From contig MCFH01000002.1 in assembly GCA_002104945.1 (NCBI GenBank), forward strand, positions 434,001 through 498,000: a DNA stretch of 64,000 nt. The letters run 5' to 3'. This document shows, piece after piece, positions 15,501 through 28,254 of the stretch. Position 1 is the stretch's first letter, and each line of letters starts with the position of its first letter. The notes below the pieces were generated by a model. The model was not told where the DNA came from. It did no database searches and saw nothing but the letters and a program-made list of their open reading frames with translations. The position numbers and the translations under genes were made by a program. The stretch comes from Piromyces finnis finn (lineage: Eukaryota > Fungi > Neocallimastigomycota).

Positions 15501-16302
15501 AAGTTAAAGATTGATCTTCATCATCAAGAATTTGATTTATAGAATCGTTATTTACAATAGTTGAATCTTCAATACTTGTTTCATTAGTTTCCTCATTAAT
15601 AACAATAGTTTCTTCGGGTATAGTTTCTGTTTCTTCCTTAATTTTATTTAATTTATCATTATATTTTTTGATATCATTATTAATATATTCTCTCTTTTTC
15701 TTTTCTAAATCTTTTCTTTTTTCAATTGCGTTTTCAGCTTCTGAAATAAGAGGACTAGCTAAATCTTCTGGATGAATACCATGTATTGCTAAAGATTCAA
15801 CTAATTTTTGTTCTTTAAGAAACAATTAAAATTAAAATATTTCAATACATTTATTAATACAATAAAATTGTTAAATGATTAGTATATTTTAGTTTTTTTT
15901 TTTTTTTTAATTTTTATCATTATAAATAATATATAAAAATTATTATTATTTGAAACATTTACCTTCAGTTGGAAAATTTAAATATGTAAATAACTTTTTT
16001 ATAAGCATATCAGACCATTCATTATAACTTGATAATGCCTTTTTCATTGGTTTTTTAGTAGTGCTATCGATAAAATTATTATTTTTAAAATCCATTATAC
16101 TAATATAGCATAAGCCTACATATCCTATTAATTGACTTTCTGTGAACATTTTTTGAATTGAGCCAATAGCCTGTGAGCTAGTTCTATAAGTTTCTCCATT
16201 AGATATCATAGAACCAGCTTCAGAGTTTGCTTTTTTGCTACCTTTTATACTTTCATCAACCAAGGTTGAATTTGACTCTATTTTTGTTGAATTTGATTCC
16301 AT
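12579..16302 (-). CDS. DUF726 / TMCO4 (yeast Mil1)-like membrane-associated alpha/beta-hydrolase-fold protein, 3 exons
   Basis: ORFs 15946-16302, 14353-15825 and 12579-14276 join via GT-AG introns; motifs GRYDARSRALL, GGLVIGLTAGLAAPLI, RPVTLIGYSLGARVIY (GxSxG), VVSGRFVNGY..DWVLGFLYR and GHLDY. Confidence 0.88.
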
Positions 16303-16819
16303 TTTTATTTATAATTTCTACTTTTATTGAATTTATTTAAATATATATTTAAACTGTAAATTGTAATAATTTATTGTTTCTTATATATATGGTATTATTT
16401 AAATTTTTCCTGAATCCAAATATAATTTTAAACAATTCAATTTTAATGATACTTCACTTTTATTTGTTTATCTTTTTTCTTATTTATGAATATATTAGTT
16501 TACTTTTTAAAATAAACTATAGACTTTTACTGATGTATATGATATTATATAAAAATAAAAGAATAAAAAAAATGGTTTATATATATACATATTTTTTATT
16601 TTTTCATAATTATTTTATTTATTACATAAAAATTTTAAAAAAAAAAAAGATTTTTAGTTTATTTAAAAAAGATATTAATATATTAATATTATTATTAATA
16701 ATATAAAAGTACTATTTACTATATGTCAAGGGTAGATTATGATTTATTCTTTTTTCACTTTCTGTATAAAAAAAGTAATAATTGATGGAGTTTAGGTTTT
16801 TGTTTAATTTTAAAATGTC

Positions 16820-16852
<33 letters not shown>

Positions 16853-18639
16853 AGAAATGTATATTTTTAAATTTAATGGTTTTAATCAATTAAATTTCAT
16901 TTTTAATGTTTATATAAAATTTTTAAAAATTAGTTTAATATATATATATAAATAATACAGATTTTATAGCATAATATATAAATATGCTTTTTATTATTAA
17001 ACTATAATTTCAATATTTTTTTAATTTTATTCTTAACACTAATGTTCAAAAGTATAATTTTAAAAGTAAAAAAAAAAAATAATAATTTTACCTATTATAT
17101 ATAAAATATTTATAGTATCGTTCTACCAGTACTTTTTATATTAATATATAATAAATAATATCTAAATATAAAGATATTAATATTTAATATCAAAAAAAAA
17201 AAAAAAAAAAAAACACCTTTTCAACCAAAAATAATTATTTGTATATAATAATTATTACTTATTCTTTAATAATAATAATAATTATTTTTTTTTTTTTTAG
17301 ATTTTAAAATACAAATTTATAATATTTATATTTATATAAAATATATAAAATATTTTATATAAAATATTATTATTAAATTAATTAAAAAACAATATATTAT
17401 AATATATTAAATGTTATTCACTAAATAGTATAATTTCAATTATTTTTTAGTTTATTTTATTCTATTAACTTTTTATATAAATTACATGATAAAACCAAAT
17501 AAAATTATTTCATTTATTTTTTAATTTATTTTATTGTATATTATAATATATTATAAACTAAATTATTGTATTAATAAAAATAATAAATAATAAAGTTATA
17601 AGCGAATTGATTTTTTACAATAACTAATAATTTTAATTATTAATAAAATTTTTATCTCAAATTTATTAAATAGATTAATATATTGAATTATAATATATTT
17701 AATATATTAAATATTAAGAAATTTTGTAGATTATAAATTAAAAATGATTCACCTATTAAATAGATTTAATTTAATTAAATGTTGTACAAAATACAAATAA
17801 AGAAATAGTTTAATTAGATGTTACACGTATCTAAAATTTCCTTTTATAAAGAAAATTAATTATTTTTTCAGAAATAAAAAATAAAGTAAAAATTGAAATG
17901 ATATTAATAGTAAAGTACCTTTTTTTTTTTTTTACAGAAAGATGATGTTATTAAAGGTTTAATTTAAAAAAAATAATTTTTAGCATTCTTTATGGTTTAT
18001 TATATTATATATTCAATATAGAATATGAGAGCTAAAAAGTTACAATTTATAAAGAATAAGATTTTGTATAAAATATTATTTATATTGTTTTTCTTCTTCA
18101 ATGATAAAAAAAACTTTTCATTGTATAAAGATAAAAACAATATAAAAAAGTTGTTTTATTATATTCCTAAAATAATAAGCTAAAGAATACATAAGGAACA
18201 TAAAATATTAAAAAATTATTCTTTTATACTCAAATAAATATATATTAAAAATTTATTAAAAATATATTAAAATTTATAGTCAGCGGCATATTAAATTGTC
18301 TAATTAAAAAATTTCCTTTTTTTTTTTTAATTTTTTATTTAAAATCTTTCTACAAAAATAAAGGTAGTACAAATATTAATATTAAAAATTAACCAATAAA
18401 AATTTAAAAATGATAATTTAACTTTTTGATTTTTTTTAATTAAATTCTTTTCTTTCCTTCCTTCTCTTTAGTAGTTTTCATTATTTCCTTCTTTTTAGTT
18501 TTGCATTGTCAATTTTAATATTTATTTTTATAATATTTGAATTATAATTAATTTTAATTTGTATTTTTGAATTTTGGTTGTTAAATTAATAAGTAAAATG
18601 ATCATTAATATTAAAAAAAAAGTTTTTGTTAAATAAGAA

Positions 18640-19245
18640 ATATTTACATTCTCTCTACTATTGTTACTTAAAATGGAAATAACAATAAATTAAAATTTAT
18701 CTTTATTCATTTTAACATCAAGTCATAATAAAACAATATATTTATAAAATATCTAATATAAGTTCAAATCAACTATTATTATTTTAGAAAACATAAATAA
18801 TAATTTAATACTATTCGAACTCTTTAACTATTTTAACATCTTCATTCTTTAATTTTTTATTAAAAGTCTATTATTAAAAATTACTTGTACTATCCATCAA
18901 ATTTCATACATAACAAAAAACACTTATTCATATAATAAAATGTAAAAATTAACATTAATCTATAATAAATATATAATAAATAAATAATTATTGAAAGTTT
19001 TAAAAAGTTTATTAAAATTTAAAAGATTTTTATATAAATCAATGAATCAAATAAAGTTTTTTTTTAACAAAAATACAATAAAAAAAATATTAACAAAAAG
19101 ATGATAGTCTAATGTAATTATTAAGGCATTTCATCCGTACCTACTTCTATTGTCAATGTTTTTATCCTTGATCTTTCAAGTATTTTACAATTTTAAGGTT
19201 TCCGATAATTGTAATTACCCTTAATGCATTATAACCACTTTTTTT
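18640..19245 (-). pseudogene. Decayed ankyrin-repeat gene fragment
   Basis: Minus-strand translation near 19130-19240 gives GYNALRVITIIGNLKIVKYLKDQG*, then after a frameshift IDNRSRYG*NAL (ankyrin consensus G.T/NAL..A...GNL.IVKYL..G..I). Many stops; the 18640-18900 portion is only weakly supported. Confidence 0.45.
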
Positions 19246-19556
19246 TTTAAAAAAAAATATTTTATATAAAAAAAGTTTTATTAATTTAAAGAGTGTTAGG
19301 AACATATATTTTTCTTAATAATAATAATAATAATAAAACATTAATAGTTTTGATATTATAAACAATTATGAAAATTAAGTGAAAAAAAAAAAAAGAATAA
19401 TTCATAAATATTAAAAGAAAATTTGAATGTTATGTTATATAAACTATTTACAAAAAAATATTTAATTTTATTATTGTTATTATTATTATATTTTTATAAA
19501 AAAAATCTAAGATTTTTTTTTTTTTTTTACAAATAAGGAATTTAATAATTAATTTG

Positions 19557-22500
19557 TCATTCAATTCTTCTTTTTACTTTATCTAATAATTTGTTGATTT
19601 TTTCAAAATAAAATCGATATTGATAATTGTAGAATTTATTTAAACCATATAGATACTCTCCCGTTATATCATCATCATTGATAGCTATACCACAATCAAT
19701 TAAATATTGAATTATATTTAATTTCTTATGTTTGATGGCTAAGATTAATAAATTATTCCTTTGATTATTTGGGAAATTGGTATCTAAATGACATTGCTCT
19801 ATTAAATATTTTAGTGAACTTATTTTATTATGACTAATGATATATTCAATATATTTCATAGGATCTGAAGTATTTAGCAACAAACCATAATTTATTCCTT
19901 TTTTTGTTAAAAAATTTACCATATTTTCATTATCATAATCAATAGAATAGGTTAAGAGATTATCATTATCATCATCATATACTCGATTAACATCAAAACC
20001 TTTACTAAATAAAATATTCAAAAGCTTTTCATTATTATTCTTAATTAATCCTCGAATGACAAATGATATTATGTTTTTAATATTTAGCATATCATTATCT
20101 AAAATAAATTCCAGAATTTCCCCTTCTTTATTATCATTTCTTAGACTTAACATTCTAAAAATTTTACTTTGGTGTGTTTCTAAATTGAAATCGATTCTCG
20201 GTTTACAACTAGCTAAAAATCTTATGACTTCCATATCACTTGATTTCAAAGAATTTATAAACAGGTATGAGAATATATTTGATTCTCCACTGATTGACAA
20301 ACCTCGACTAATTAAATATTTAATTATGGGTAAAGAATTCATTTCGATTGCACGATATATAGGTGAACTTTCACTTTCTACACGGTTAATAATCTCTGGA
20401 TCATTATCAATAATTGCTTTCATATATTCAAATGTATCCTTCTTACATTCCATAGCATATAATAATAGTGACGTATCATTATTTTTAACATCATTTGGTA
20501 CAGAGTTACCATTATTAGTATAAAATTTAAAACAAGACATTTTAAAACTTTTATCTTCCAATGATGACTCATCAAGCTTAAGTAGTGAGATTAAGGGGGT
20601 TTCATCATACATATTGGTTTTTTCCATATAAAAGGCAGGTTTAGATTTATTTTTATCATTCATTTCAATATTTTTTTGATCAACAGCAAAGAAAATGTCT
20701 TTATTTCCTACTGAAATTATAATTTCTATCATAGAGTGAGTTCTTTCAAGATAATTTGGCTTAAATTCTTTAAATGCATAATAATCTAATAATAAATTAA
20801 ATGTTTCCAGGTCTTCTTTTAATATTGCATAATAAATAATATAGTAACCGTAAAAATCAACATCTAATATATATTTATTATTTTCTTTTTTATCATTACT
20901 TTTTAAATGATTATAAAGATATAGAAAGATATCCTTTCTATCTAATAAATAAGCCAAAGTAATGGGAGAAAATCTATTATTATTATTATTAATACAAATT
21001 TTTTTATTTTGACTTCTAATTACGTTCCAATTAGAGTTATTGCTAGATAGAATTGATTTAACAGTTGATAATTCATTTCGATATATTGCTTTAATTAATG
21101 GAGAATAATTCTCCTGCATATCTAGTTCTATTGATTCCTTATATTTTAATAATATACTTGCTGCTTTGTATTTATAATCAAGAAGTGCAACAGAGAGTAA
21201 AGAATTTCCATAACAATTTTTAATATTGATTTGTGGAATAAGACTTAAAATGTATTTAAATATATTTATATTATCATTATTTCTGGTAGTGTTCTCTAAA
21301 GCTACAAAAATTGGATAGTCATTATTTCTATCAGGAGTATTAATATTTGCTGATTTTAATTTAGTGTTTTCTATTAAAAATTTTATTAATTTAAAATTAT
21401 TTATATTGATAGCCATATTTAGTATGAGGATTAAGTATTGTAGATCTTCTTGACTGATTATTGAAATATTAAGATTAAAATTCTCTTTTTCATCTTCAAT
21501 AGAACCTTGCATTAATTTTTCTAAAAGATATACAATAATTTTTTTAATTTTATACTTATTGGTAATCAGAAGAATGTTTTCAAATGTCCTGTTTTTTATT
21601 ACATTTCTTTTAGGATGTTTAAATAATTGATCAATAAAACATTTAATTGCTTGTCTTCCTAGATCTTCCAAAAAGTATAGATTCTTATAATTAAGAGTTT
21701 CTTCAAAAATCTTACTTTTTGAGTTCAAAAATTCACAATATAAAATTCTCCATATTATCTCCTCTCCTCTATTGATCATAGCATGATGTAGTAAATTATT
21801 TTTTATTAATCTATCATATAATATTTCATTACTGTTACCATCATAATAAAAAAGTAATTTTATAATACCAAGATTAGAACGATTTGTCATTTCAACGGCT
21901 TTTTTATATACTATATCAGTAATTTTAATTTTCTTTTTTTGGTCTATAATCAGTCTCTGTAGTTGGTAATAAGTCAAACATGTCCTATTTTTGTATAGAT
22001 TAAGAAAGTTTAAAATATAAGAGTTATTATTTACAATACACTCAAATAATGTCTTCAGTTCAATATAATTACTATTACTGATCCATTTAAATAACATTTT
22101 CTCAGTATTTAGATATTTAAGACAACTGTTTTTATTTAAATATATCATAGTTCTTTTATTAATACATTTTGAAATATTTAGATAATCACCAATATTCTGA
22201 TTAGAATTACATAAATAATTTATATTAGCACCATAACTTAACAATAAATCAGCAGCTTTAAAATTTTCACAAGCAATTGCTTCAAAAAGTGGTACTTTGA
22301 ACTTTTTTTTATAAATAAAATCTGAATCTTTCTTAGCTATAATTGTGTAATTTACATTATTATATTCTCCATTCCTGATAATATATTCCACCATTTCTGG
22401 AGTTTGACCTTGCTCTATTGAATATATTAAGATATCAAAATCTTCATTTTTTTTAAATTCTTTTAATTCTATGTCATGATTATTAATATGTTCATTAAAT

Positions 22501-22571
22501 ATTTTTATATTATCCCCACATTCATTCAAAAGTTTTATAATTTCTTTTTTTCTGCTTTGATAGTTATCCAT
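19557..22571 (-). CDS. Ankyrin-repeat protein, 1004 aa, coding region intronless
   Basis: Uninterrupted ORF with repeated ankyrin motifs (VPLFEAIACENFKAADLLLSYGANIN, NINTPDRNNDYPIFVAL, YGNSLLSVAL, DETPLISLLK). Confidence 0.85.
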   Translation of the reverse strand: MDNYQSRKKEIIKLLNECGDNIKIFNEHINNHDIELKEFKKNEDFDILIYSIEQGQTPEMVEYIIRNGEYNNVNYTIIAKKDSDFIYKKKFKVPLFEAIACENFKAADLLLSYGANINYLCNSNQNIGDYLNISKCINKRTMIYLNKNSCLKYLNTEKMLFKWISNSNYIELKTLFECIVNNNSYILNFLNLYKNRTCLTYYQLQRLIIDQKKKIKITDIVYKKAVEMTNRSNLGIIKLLFYYDGNSNEILYDRLIKNNLLHHAMINRGEEIIWRILYCEFLNSKSKIFEETLNYKNLYFLEDLGRQAIKCFIDQLFKHPKRNVIKNRTFENILLITNKYKIKKIIVYLLEKLMQGSIEDEKENFNLNISIISQEDLQYLILILNMAININNFKLIKFLIENTKLKSANINTPDRNNDYPIFVALENTTRNNDNINIFKYILSLIPQINIKNCYGNSLLSVALLDYKYKAASILLKYKESIELDMQENYSPLIKAIYRNELSTVKSILSSNNSNWNVIRSQNKKICINNNNNRFSPITLAYLLDRKDIFLYLYNHLKSNDKKENNKYILDVDFYGYYIIYYAILKEDLETFNLLLDYYAFKEFKPNYLERTHSMIEIIISVGNKDIFFAVDQKNIEMNDKNKSKPAFYMEKTNMYDETPLISLLKLDESSLEDKSFKMSCFKFYTNNGNSVPNDVKNNDTSLLLYAMECKKDTFEYMKAIIDNDPEIINRVESESSPIYRAIEMNSLPIIKYLISRGLSISGESNIFSYLFINSLKSSDMEVIRFLASCKPRIDFNLETHQSKIFRMLSLRNDNKEGEILEFILDNDMLNIKNIISFVIRGLIKNNNEKLLNILFSKGFDVNRVYDDDNDNLLTYSIDYDNENMVNFLTKKGINYGLLLNTSDPMKYIEYIISHNKISSLKYLIEQCHLDTNFPNNQRNNLLILAIKHKKLNIIQYLIDCGIAINDDDITGEYLYGLNKFYNYQYRFYFEKINKLLDKVKRRIE

Positions 22572-23023
22572 TATATATACTTTAATTTTTATTATATCTA
22601 TAAAATAAAATAAAATAAAAAAAGCAATTTAATTTTTTTTATATCATTTATACATTTAATACATTTAAAAATGTTTAATCAATCTATTTTATTATTTAAT
22701 TCTTTTCAATTTATTTTACAGAAATAAATTAAATAAGATATATAAGAAGTAGGCCAATTGTTATTTTAAAATATATTAATATTTATTAAAAATTTAAATT
22801 TAAAAAAATTTAGTAAATTTTTTTGTGTATGGACTATGAACAATAAATTTATTGTTGTAATTTTGAATTATATATATATAAATTATAAATTAAAATAAAA
22901 TGAGTTATTTTTTATAATTAAATGGAAATTTAATTTGAGTATTTTAGTCAATTTTTTTTTTTACCATTTTAGTTTATTATTGTTATTATTTTTTATAAAT
23001 AGTAACAATATAAATAAGGAAAA

Positions 23024-25981
23024 ATGATTCAACTATTAAGAAATGAAATTGTTTCAATTATGAAGCAATGTATTTATAATACAACTCTTTTAGAAAAATT
23101 CATTAAAAGAAGAAATATTAATTTAAATGATTTAAATGATAAAAAATGGGATTTAATTATAGTTGCAATAAAAAACTTTCTTTCATTGGAAGTTATTAAA
23201 TTTTTGATAAAGCATGGAAAATATAAAAGTTTAAATTATAAAATTGAAGAAGAAGAAGAATATAATAATAAAATAAATTATTCAATACCTATTTACTTAG
23301 CTATTTCTACTGAACAATTTAAAGTAGCAGATTTATTAATACAAAATGGTGCAAACATTAACTATAAATTCTACTATAATAATGAGGAAAAGGATCTTTT
23401 TTATTATTTATATTTCTCTGATACTTTAAATAAACGAACAATAGAATATTCAAAAGATCGTAATTTTGATATAACTAGTCTAAAAGATATATTAATGTAT
23501 ATTCTAATGGATTATAAGGATACTGATGAAAAAATTTTGAAAATTGTAATAGATTATCTTATTTTTAGTGATTCATTAATAATCGAATTTCTTCAACATT
23601 ATAGAGACAAAAAATCAATGTCAAACAAAAATATAATTAATATGATTTATAAAGGCTGTACAAACAATTGTAGATCTTTTTATGATTTATTTGATAATAA
23701 AATGTATTTATTTAAAGTACTTTTGGATTATAATATCGCTGATTGTTATATAATTAAAAATATTAAAAAATATGATTTTTTAGAGGAAATAATTTCTACA
23801 AAGTCAATTCCTATATTAGAGAAATCATTACAATGCCTTTTTTCAAATTTTAAAAAGAATGAAATGGAAAAAGTTTTTACAAGAATATTTCCTATTGCTA
23901 GAAATAAAAATAATGAAGGTATATTAATTGAAGGAATGAAATTAGGTATAAAAAAAATATTAACATCATACATTGATGTTTCTACTTTCTTTTACCAATT
24001 AGAAGAGGTTATTTTAGTTTTAAGTCAATTTAACGTTAAAGATGTTATGAAATTTCTTTTGGAAATGTTTTTTAAAAAAGGAGAATTAAACTATGGTAAA
24101 GAACCTGATAATTTTTTCAATAAATATATAGTCAAGTTTAATGATAGCAAATTGTTATCCCTTCTACTCAATGTAGCAATTAAAGTTAGTGATTTTGAAT
24201 GGGTAAAATTATTGTTGAATAATATGAAGCTTAAATCAACAATAAATATCAATGAAAAGGACAGAAATAATGAATATCCGATTTTTGTGGCATTAAATCA
24301 TGTTACACGATATAATGATCATATAGATATATTTAATTATTTAATAGAACTAGGTGCTGATATTACTGTCACTGATAAATTTGGAATAACATTATTAGAA
24401 GTCGCTATAAGAAACAAAAAATATAAAGCAGTACATTACCTTTTAAAACATGGAATCATAAATTATGAAATTAATAAAAACTATTCTCCTATGGTGAATG
24501 CCATTTACCAAAATGATATTAACACTGTAACTACTATTTTAGCCAAGAAAACAAAGAATTCCAAAGATGATAGTCCTCCCACTAAAAAAATTCGTTATCA
24601 GTATGATAAATATGAATATCCACCATTAGTGATGGCCTATCTTTTACATCGGGACGAGATTTTTAAAAAATTATTAGAGTGTTCGGATATAAACCTTAAT
24701 GAATTAGATATTAATGGATGCAGTCTATTACATTATGTCATTCTAAAGGAAGATATAGAAACACTTCACACATTAATTAAGCGTGGAGTTAGAATGGATT
24801 ATCAAGAGAATGACAGATGCATCGGCCACTACCTCAGTGATATTGTATTAAGTATAGGAAATAAAGAGATTCTTTCTATCATCCTCTCCTCCAATAATAA
24901 AAATCAAATAATTCATGAACTTAATGAATATGATGAAACACCACTGATAACTCTTTTAAAAATTAATACTAATTTAATGGATAGTAATTTTAAAATAGAT
25001 ATTTTTAAATATTTAGTTGATTGTGGTGCAAGCATGGAAGTTAAAGAAAGAAATGACAGACCATTGTTTTATTGTGTATTAGATTTGGCAAGTACTGAAG
25101 AAGAGAATGCATTATTGATTGTTCAGTATATGATAGATCAAAAATATGATATAAAAAATATCATGGATGAAACTTATCTATCTCCATTAAATTGTGCTAT
25201 TGAGAAAGGTTCTTTTGCTCTCATGAGGCTGTTATTGGATAACGGAGCCGACTGCTTCTGTTGGAGAACAGAAAGAAATTCTATTTCATCTTTAGCTTTT
25301 GCCATAAGTAATGGTTATATTGAACCTACTAAATATCTTATTCAATATTTAAATGAAAAAAATAAATCACTACAAAGATATACAGGTGTATCGAAAATCT
25401 CTTTAATAAACTCTATAGAAAATCCCAAAACCAGGATTACTATGTTAGAATATTTTCTAAAAAGTGGTCTAATAAGTTTAAAGCATTTAAAGCCATCTAG
25501 AGTTATCCAGATGGTGAAACATTATGATACTATGGAAGAAACTTATGATCTTTTCTTTAAGCATGGTTTAGATATTAATTTTGTTGACGGAATAGATGGT
25601 ACTCTAATAACAAATGCTATTGAAGAATCCAAAGACGCTCTGTTGGATTATTTCTTAAAAAAAAAAATAAACCTTTCTCTATATTGTTATAACAGTCAAT
25701 TTATTGAATATATTATCAAAAAAAACCATTTTAAAATTTTTAAGCAATTAATACAACGTAAATTACCCTATTCACAAATTGGATTAATAGTGTTAGCTAT
25801 TAAATTAAAAAATTTTCCTATTTCAAAATATTTAATTCAACGTATGAATAATATGAACGAAACTGATAAAGAAACCATCCTATTTTATATTACCAAACAT
25901 AAGGAAAATCGAACCTTTTATTATAGAATGTATAAATTGTTAAATAATCAATATAAAAAATGTTTAAAACGATATGAATGA
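23024..25981 (+). CDS. Ankyrin-repeat protein, 985 aa, coding region intronless; paralogue of 19557-22571
   Basis: Uninterrupted ORF; IPIYLAISTEQFKVADLLIQNGANINY, NINEKDRNNEYPIFVAL, SPLNCAIEKGSFALMRLLLDNGAD, DETPLITLLK; motifs collinear with the neighbouring gene. Confidence 0.85.
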   Translation: MIQLLRNEIVSIMKQCIYNTTLLEKFIKRRNINLNDLNDKKWDLIIVAIKNFLSLEVIKFLIKHGKYKSLNYKIEEEEEYNNKINYSIPIYLAISTEQFKVADLLIQNGANINYKFYYNNEEKDLFYYLYFSDTLNKRTIEYSKDRNFDITSLKDILMYILMDYKDTDEKILKIVIDYLIFSDSLIIEFLQHYRDKKSMSNKNIINMIYKGCTNNCRSFYDLFDNKMYLFKVLLDYNIADCYIIKNIKKYDFLEEIISTKSIPILEKSLQCLFSNFKKNEMEKVFTRIFPIARNKNNEGILIEGMKLGIKKILTSYIDVSTFFYQLEEVILVLSQFNVKDVMKFLLEMFFKKGELNYGKEPDNFFNKYIVKFNDSKLLSLLLNVAIKVSDFEWVKLLLNNMKLKSTININEKDRNNEYPIFVALNHVTRYNDHIDIFNYLIELGADITVTDKFGITLLEVAIRNKKYKAVHYLLKHGIINYEINKNYSPMVNAIYQNDINTVTTILAKKTKNSKDDSPPTKKIRYQYDKYEYPPLVMAYLLHRDEIFKKLLECSDINLNELDINGCSLLHYVILKEDIETLHTLIKRGVRMDYQENDRCIGHYLSDIVLSIGNKEILSIILSSNNKNQIIHELNEYDETPLITLLKINTNLMDSNFKIDIFKYLVDCGASMEVKERNDRPLFYCVLDLASTEEENALLIVQYMIDQKYDIKNIMDETYLSPLNCAIEKGSFALMRLLLDNGADCFCWRTERNSISSLAFAISNGYIEPTKYLIQYLNEKNKSLQRYTGVSKISLINSIENPKTRITMLEYFLKSGLISLKHLKPSRVIQMVKHYDTMEETYDLFFKHGLDINFVDGIDGTLITNAIEESKDALLDYFLKKKINLSLYCYNSQFIEYIIKKNHFKIFKQLIQRKLPYSQIGLIVLAIKLKNFPISKYLIQRMNNMNETDKETILFYITKHKENRTFYYRMYKLLNNQYKKCLKRYE

Positions 25982-26764
25982 AATAGACTGGGGTATCGAA
26001 ATATGTATTTATGTATTATGTATTTACCTATTTATTTATTTTTAAAATAAATTAAAAATGAAAGTATTACAAAAAAAAATAATAATAATAATAATAACAG
26101 GAATTGACGTAATTATCATTTGTAATGTAAATATAATGTAAATATAAATGCTTTCTTTTTTTTTTTTTCAATTTTTTTAATTTTAAATTCAATTCATAAA
26201 AACATTAGTATAAGAATTAAATAAAATAAAATAAAAAAACTATCTCTTAAAGCTTTATATATTTTTTCTTGCATGAATAATATATAATATAATATATAAT
26301 ATAATAAATAAAAACTAATAAGTACTCATGTATACTTAATCATAACTAAAAGATTAAAAAAAAAAAAATCCTTTTTTTTATTATTATTATTTTCATTGTT
26401 TTAATTAATGGAAAATAATAAAAAAGATAATTAGATAATAAATAATAATATTTAAAATTATGTTTCACAAATATAAATTTATCAGTTTTATATTTAATTT
26501 AATAAAAAAAAAAATAAACTTTTTTTTTTTATAATCGATAAAAAATATAATTTTATATTTTTTTCTCTATCAAATAAAATAAAAAAAAAAAACATTGTAA
26601 GGAAATTAGATTTATTTCTTTATTATATATTATACTTTACTTTGAATTTCTCTAATAATAATAATATATATTTAAAAAAGAAATTTTGATTAATGAAATT
26701 GTTTTTTTGTTTGTTGATAATTTTATTAATTCTTATCGTTTTAACCAAAGAAAAAGAAATCAAT

Positions 26765-27569
26765 ATGAGTACCTGGACTCAAAAAACTATTTCATTAAAT
26801 GCAAAAAGAAGAGGTTGTTACCTTGTCACTGACGAAGTACTTTCTCATATTCAATCTGAACTTAGTGAATATAAATGTGGTGTATGTATTAATAATGATG
26901 ATGATAACTTTTAAAAAATTTAAAATAATTAATTCAAAAAATATTTATTATAAAAAAAATATGTTTTTTAAAATTATGAAAATATACCAAAATATAGTAA
27001 TTATTAAAAAACTCTTTAATTTACCATTTTTAAATTCATAATTCTATTTACAATAATAATAACAACAATAACAATAATAAAAAGATGGCCAACTTTTTCC
27101 TTCAACACAGTTCAGCTTCAATAACCATTAATGAAAACTGTGATCCAGATGTTCGTAAAGATATGGAAATGATGTTAAATAGAATTGCCCCAGAAAATGC
27201 ACCATATATTCATACTTTTGAAGGAGCTGATGATATGCCAGCTCATGTTAAGTCTAGTCTTTTTGGTTGTAGTTTAAATATTCCAATTAGTAATGGAAAA
27301 TTAGCTTTAGGTACTTGGCAAGGTAAAAAATGATAAATATTTAATAAAATGAATTTTTTTTAAGAGTCCAACATATTCTTTTATATCGAACAAAAATAAA
27401 AGCAAAACAATGACAATATATAACGTTCTATTAACATAATTATAATAAAATAGGAATTTGGTTATGTGAACATCGTAATCATGCTGGTGGAAGACGTATG
27501 GTTATTACACTTCAAGGTGAAACTAGATCATCAAATAGTAAAAGTAATCTTTCTAACAAAAAAAGGTAA
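26765..27569 (+). CDS. UPF0047 / YjbQ-family protein (secondary thiamine-phosphate synthase-like), 3 exons
   Basis: [25 protein letters not shown] / [54 protein letters not shown] / [22 protein letters not shown] are hallmark UPF0047 motifs. Confidence 0.92.
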
Positions 27570-28254
27570 TAGTACAAAAAATAGTAAAGAAAAAGAAAGA
27601 AATAATTAATAATATATAACTATTTTAAAACAAAATAATAATAATAATAATTTTATATTAAAAAATTAAATACAAATTTTAAATTTATTTTATTTCCAAT
27701 ATTATTTTTATCCATTTATATTGATACAACACTTTTAATAATAATAAAAGAAAGTGAGTTATAAGTAATTCAATAAAATAAATTATTAGAATTTACAACT
27801 TACGTATTCCTTCAGTTGCAGTAACAGGGGATAGTACGAAGTGATTTCAAAAAAAAAAAAAAAAAAGTCGTTAATCCTATTAATTCCTTTTTTTTTTTTT
27901 TTTTTTGTTTATTTATTTCAATAATAAAAAATTCCAAATTATAATTCAATATCATAAAAACAATATAATTGAGAATAATAATACATACTTTTAAATAAAA
28001 GTTACGAAAAGTATTATTTTCTATTTTTAAATTAATAATAAATAAATTAAAAAAAAAAAAAAAAGAGTATTATTAAATTAATTTTTATAATTTATATAAT
28101 ATCAATGATATTAATGTAACTATTAGTAGGTAATTAGAATTAAACCATAAAAAATAAAGAATTTAAAAAAACAATTAGTTTTCTAATCACTAGAATAAAC
28201 ATTTTATAATATGAAATGATGAGTGTTATGTAATAATCTGAGAGTAGAAAAAAA

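Noticed and set aside
26693-26764. Signal-peptide-like N-terminal extension on the YjbQ ORF (upstream TTG/ATG frame)
   Set aside because: Homology to UPF0047 begins at ATG 26765; the hydrophobic stretch is consistent with T-rich UTR sequence.
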